DNA of 64,000 nucleotides. It comes from the human T2T-CHM13v2.0 reference genome, Homo sapiens. The number at the start of each line of letters is the position of its first letter. Position 1 is the first letter of the stretch. The notes below the pieces were generated by a model, which searched no databases, was not told where the DNA came from, and was given only the letters and a program-made list of their open reading frames with translations. The stretch is from assembly GCF_009914755.1 (NCBI RefSeq), contig NC_060928.1; one strand, 5' to 3'. Below, one piece after another: positions 61,690 through 64,000 of the stretch. A program made the translations under genes and the position numbers.

Positions 61690-62660
61690 AATTTTTCCTT
61701 GAGCTCTCAGCAGCAGTTAACATAGCTGACCACACCCTTCTTCCTAGAATGTTTTCTTCTCTCATCTGTCTGCAGCTGACATTCCTCTAACTTGACTGGT
61801 CTTGTTCTCCGTGGCCTTTTCTGGTCCCACATCCTCTGAACCTCTCAATCTTGGGGTGCTTCAAGGTTGAGTTCTGGTCTCCCAGTCCTGGTCTCTCCCT
61901 AGGTAATCTTACTCGTTTCTGAAGATTTAAGTTCCACTCTCCGATTTCAATCTCCTGCCCAATTCCCAACATTTTTGCAATAGAATGTCTAAGGAGCACT
62001 CAAAATTAACATATCTAAAGCCGCTCAGGATCTCAACCCAGTGGCTCTCTTCCCCCAAACTCATTCCTTTAGAGCCACAGTTTAAGCCTTCCTTTCACCA
62101 ATTCAACTATTGTTTTCCAAATTTATATTCTGTCCTGCCCTCCTCGCCCATCTCCAGCTCCTCTCTGCTCAACCACCAGAATACTATTTTAAAACCAAAA
62201 CCAAGTGAGCAGGTTTGTGGTCACTTTCTATGGCATTAGAGTAAGATCGAAGTGGGTAATAACCCCGTCCTATACAATCTGGCCTCCTGCCTTCTTCTGA
62301 TCTCTCTATAGCTTTCCCCCATCACTGTCAATCTAGCTGCCTCTAATTCATCACAGCCCTTCCCCCTTCCGTGGCCAACAGAGCTCTTCTCTCATATTTT
62401 TGCAATTCCAGCTGCCTCTTCTTTCTTCTCTTCAGTTCTCAGCTCAAATGTCTTCCCAAGAGAGACCTTTCCATCACTACTCAATTTGAAATACCTTCCC
62501 ACTACTCATCTCCTTATTTTATTTTCTTAGTAGCGAAAAGATTTTATCTTTCTATGAACAAGTTTACTTGTGGGTCACTCTCCATCCATAAGAAACTAAG
62601 TCCTTGAGATGCCCTGTGTCTACATCTGACATACTCGATGCACAATAAATATTGTAAACG
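61690..62660 (+). mobile_element. L2 fragments
   Basis: Pyrimidine-rich L2-like sequence (gaatgtctaaggagcactcaaaattaacatatctaaa; ctcagctcaaatgtc). Confidence 0.6.
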
Positions 62661-62903
62661 ATATTTTATGTTAAACCAGTAAAAATTGAAGGTGTAATGA
62701 GAGAGGGACAGAGACTAAATATTTTTACAGAAACAGCAAAGGAAAATTGACGAATTAAGTCCCCAGCATGTTGTCTACCCTTATTTTGTTTTTCCTAATA
62801 TTTTTCTTCAGGCTTTTTCCTGATAACACACAGATACACACACACACACATAGATTCTAAGATCAAGTTTAGAAATCTAAAGAAACAATTATTAAGAAAA
62901 TGA

Positions 62904-63285
<382 letters not shown>

Positions 63286-63310
63286 AGCTGGAACAGTGGA
63301 GACTGAAGAG

Positions 63311-63383
63311 ATTTTATCTGTTCAATTCCTCCCTCAGCCCCGCCCTCACACCATCAGGAAGGCGTCTGTGAAGTTTCTTATCA
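63311..63383 (-). promoter_or_regulatory. Candidate TRIML2 proximal promoter (AGATAAAA, GC-box, TGATAAG)
   Basis: AGATAA 63314-63319, GGGCGGGGC 63337-63345, TGATAAG 63377-63383 on minus strand. Confidence 0.4.
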
Positions 63384-63402
63384 TATTCACACAATTAATC
63401 TC

Positions 63403-63510
63403 ATTAGAACCACCTGAGTTTATTAAAACGCAAGCCTCTTCACAGGGTCTCTGATTCCAGAAATCTATGGTGGGGTCCGTAATTTACATTTTTAATGGAC
63501 TCCCAGAAAA
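63403..63510. mobile_element. MER5A-like fragment
   Basis: attagaaccacctgag...tctgattc...ggtggggtcc...catttttaat. Confidence 0.55.
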
Positions 63511-64000
63511 TGCTTAATAGCCCTGACCTTGGTTGGATAAATATCTTGTTTTATCTCCAATGCCATGTACAGTGCCTAACACCTCTAGCTCCTTAAGGTT
63601 TGGGGTTTTCTTTCTTAATGAATCTAGTGTATATTGACAATTTCACAGGAAAGAAGCCTTCGAGCTAACACTCAAGACTGTGTTTGTTCCTTAGTAGAAA
63701 ATAATGCCTGACTTGTTAGTTTCTAGAACGTTGGAGAAGTGTTCATTCCAGTATCTGTGGAAAGAAAAACCAAGAGTAGGGATAACTGCCTATGGAATCT
63801 GTCACAGATGGGAGGTCAGGGAACAATCCCAGATAATTCATACTTGATATTTGGCTTCAGTGAGGAGGAACTCTTCACAGCTTTCTAAGTTTTATAGTTT
63901 TGTCCCCGAGGGTTTTTATTGCATCAGTCAGTCAATCCCCTGCTAATCAAACCAGGGAGTTTTTTTCTTTATGCTGCTGACAGGATAATGAGAATTCTTC

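Overview
Alu-dense primate (almost certainly human) genomic DNA, recognisable as the 4q35.2 TRIML2 locus. It holds one intact protein-coding gene, TRIML2 (minus strand, 7 coding exons between 59054 and 45055). These splice GT-AG into a 437-aa B-box/coiled-coil/B30.2 protein with no RING. Also present: a FAU processed pseudogene, a probable retrocopied 3'UTR at the left edge, about 65 Alus, a 5'-truncated SVA with a perfect TSD, L1/L2/MIR fragments, MaLR and ERV LTRs, and DNA-transposon fossils. The most interesting signals come from by-eye alignment and are untested. They are (1) a decayed RING domain still readable in the TRIML2 5'UTR, (2) duplicated exons inside TRIML2, one a cryptic in-frame copy in the last intron, and (3) collinear decayed exon remnants downstream suggesting one or two extinct TRIML-like paralogues. 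Repeat boundaries and subfamily names are approximate. There is no CRISPR array, rRNA or tRNA, and almost all listed ORFs are repeat-derived.
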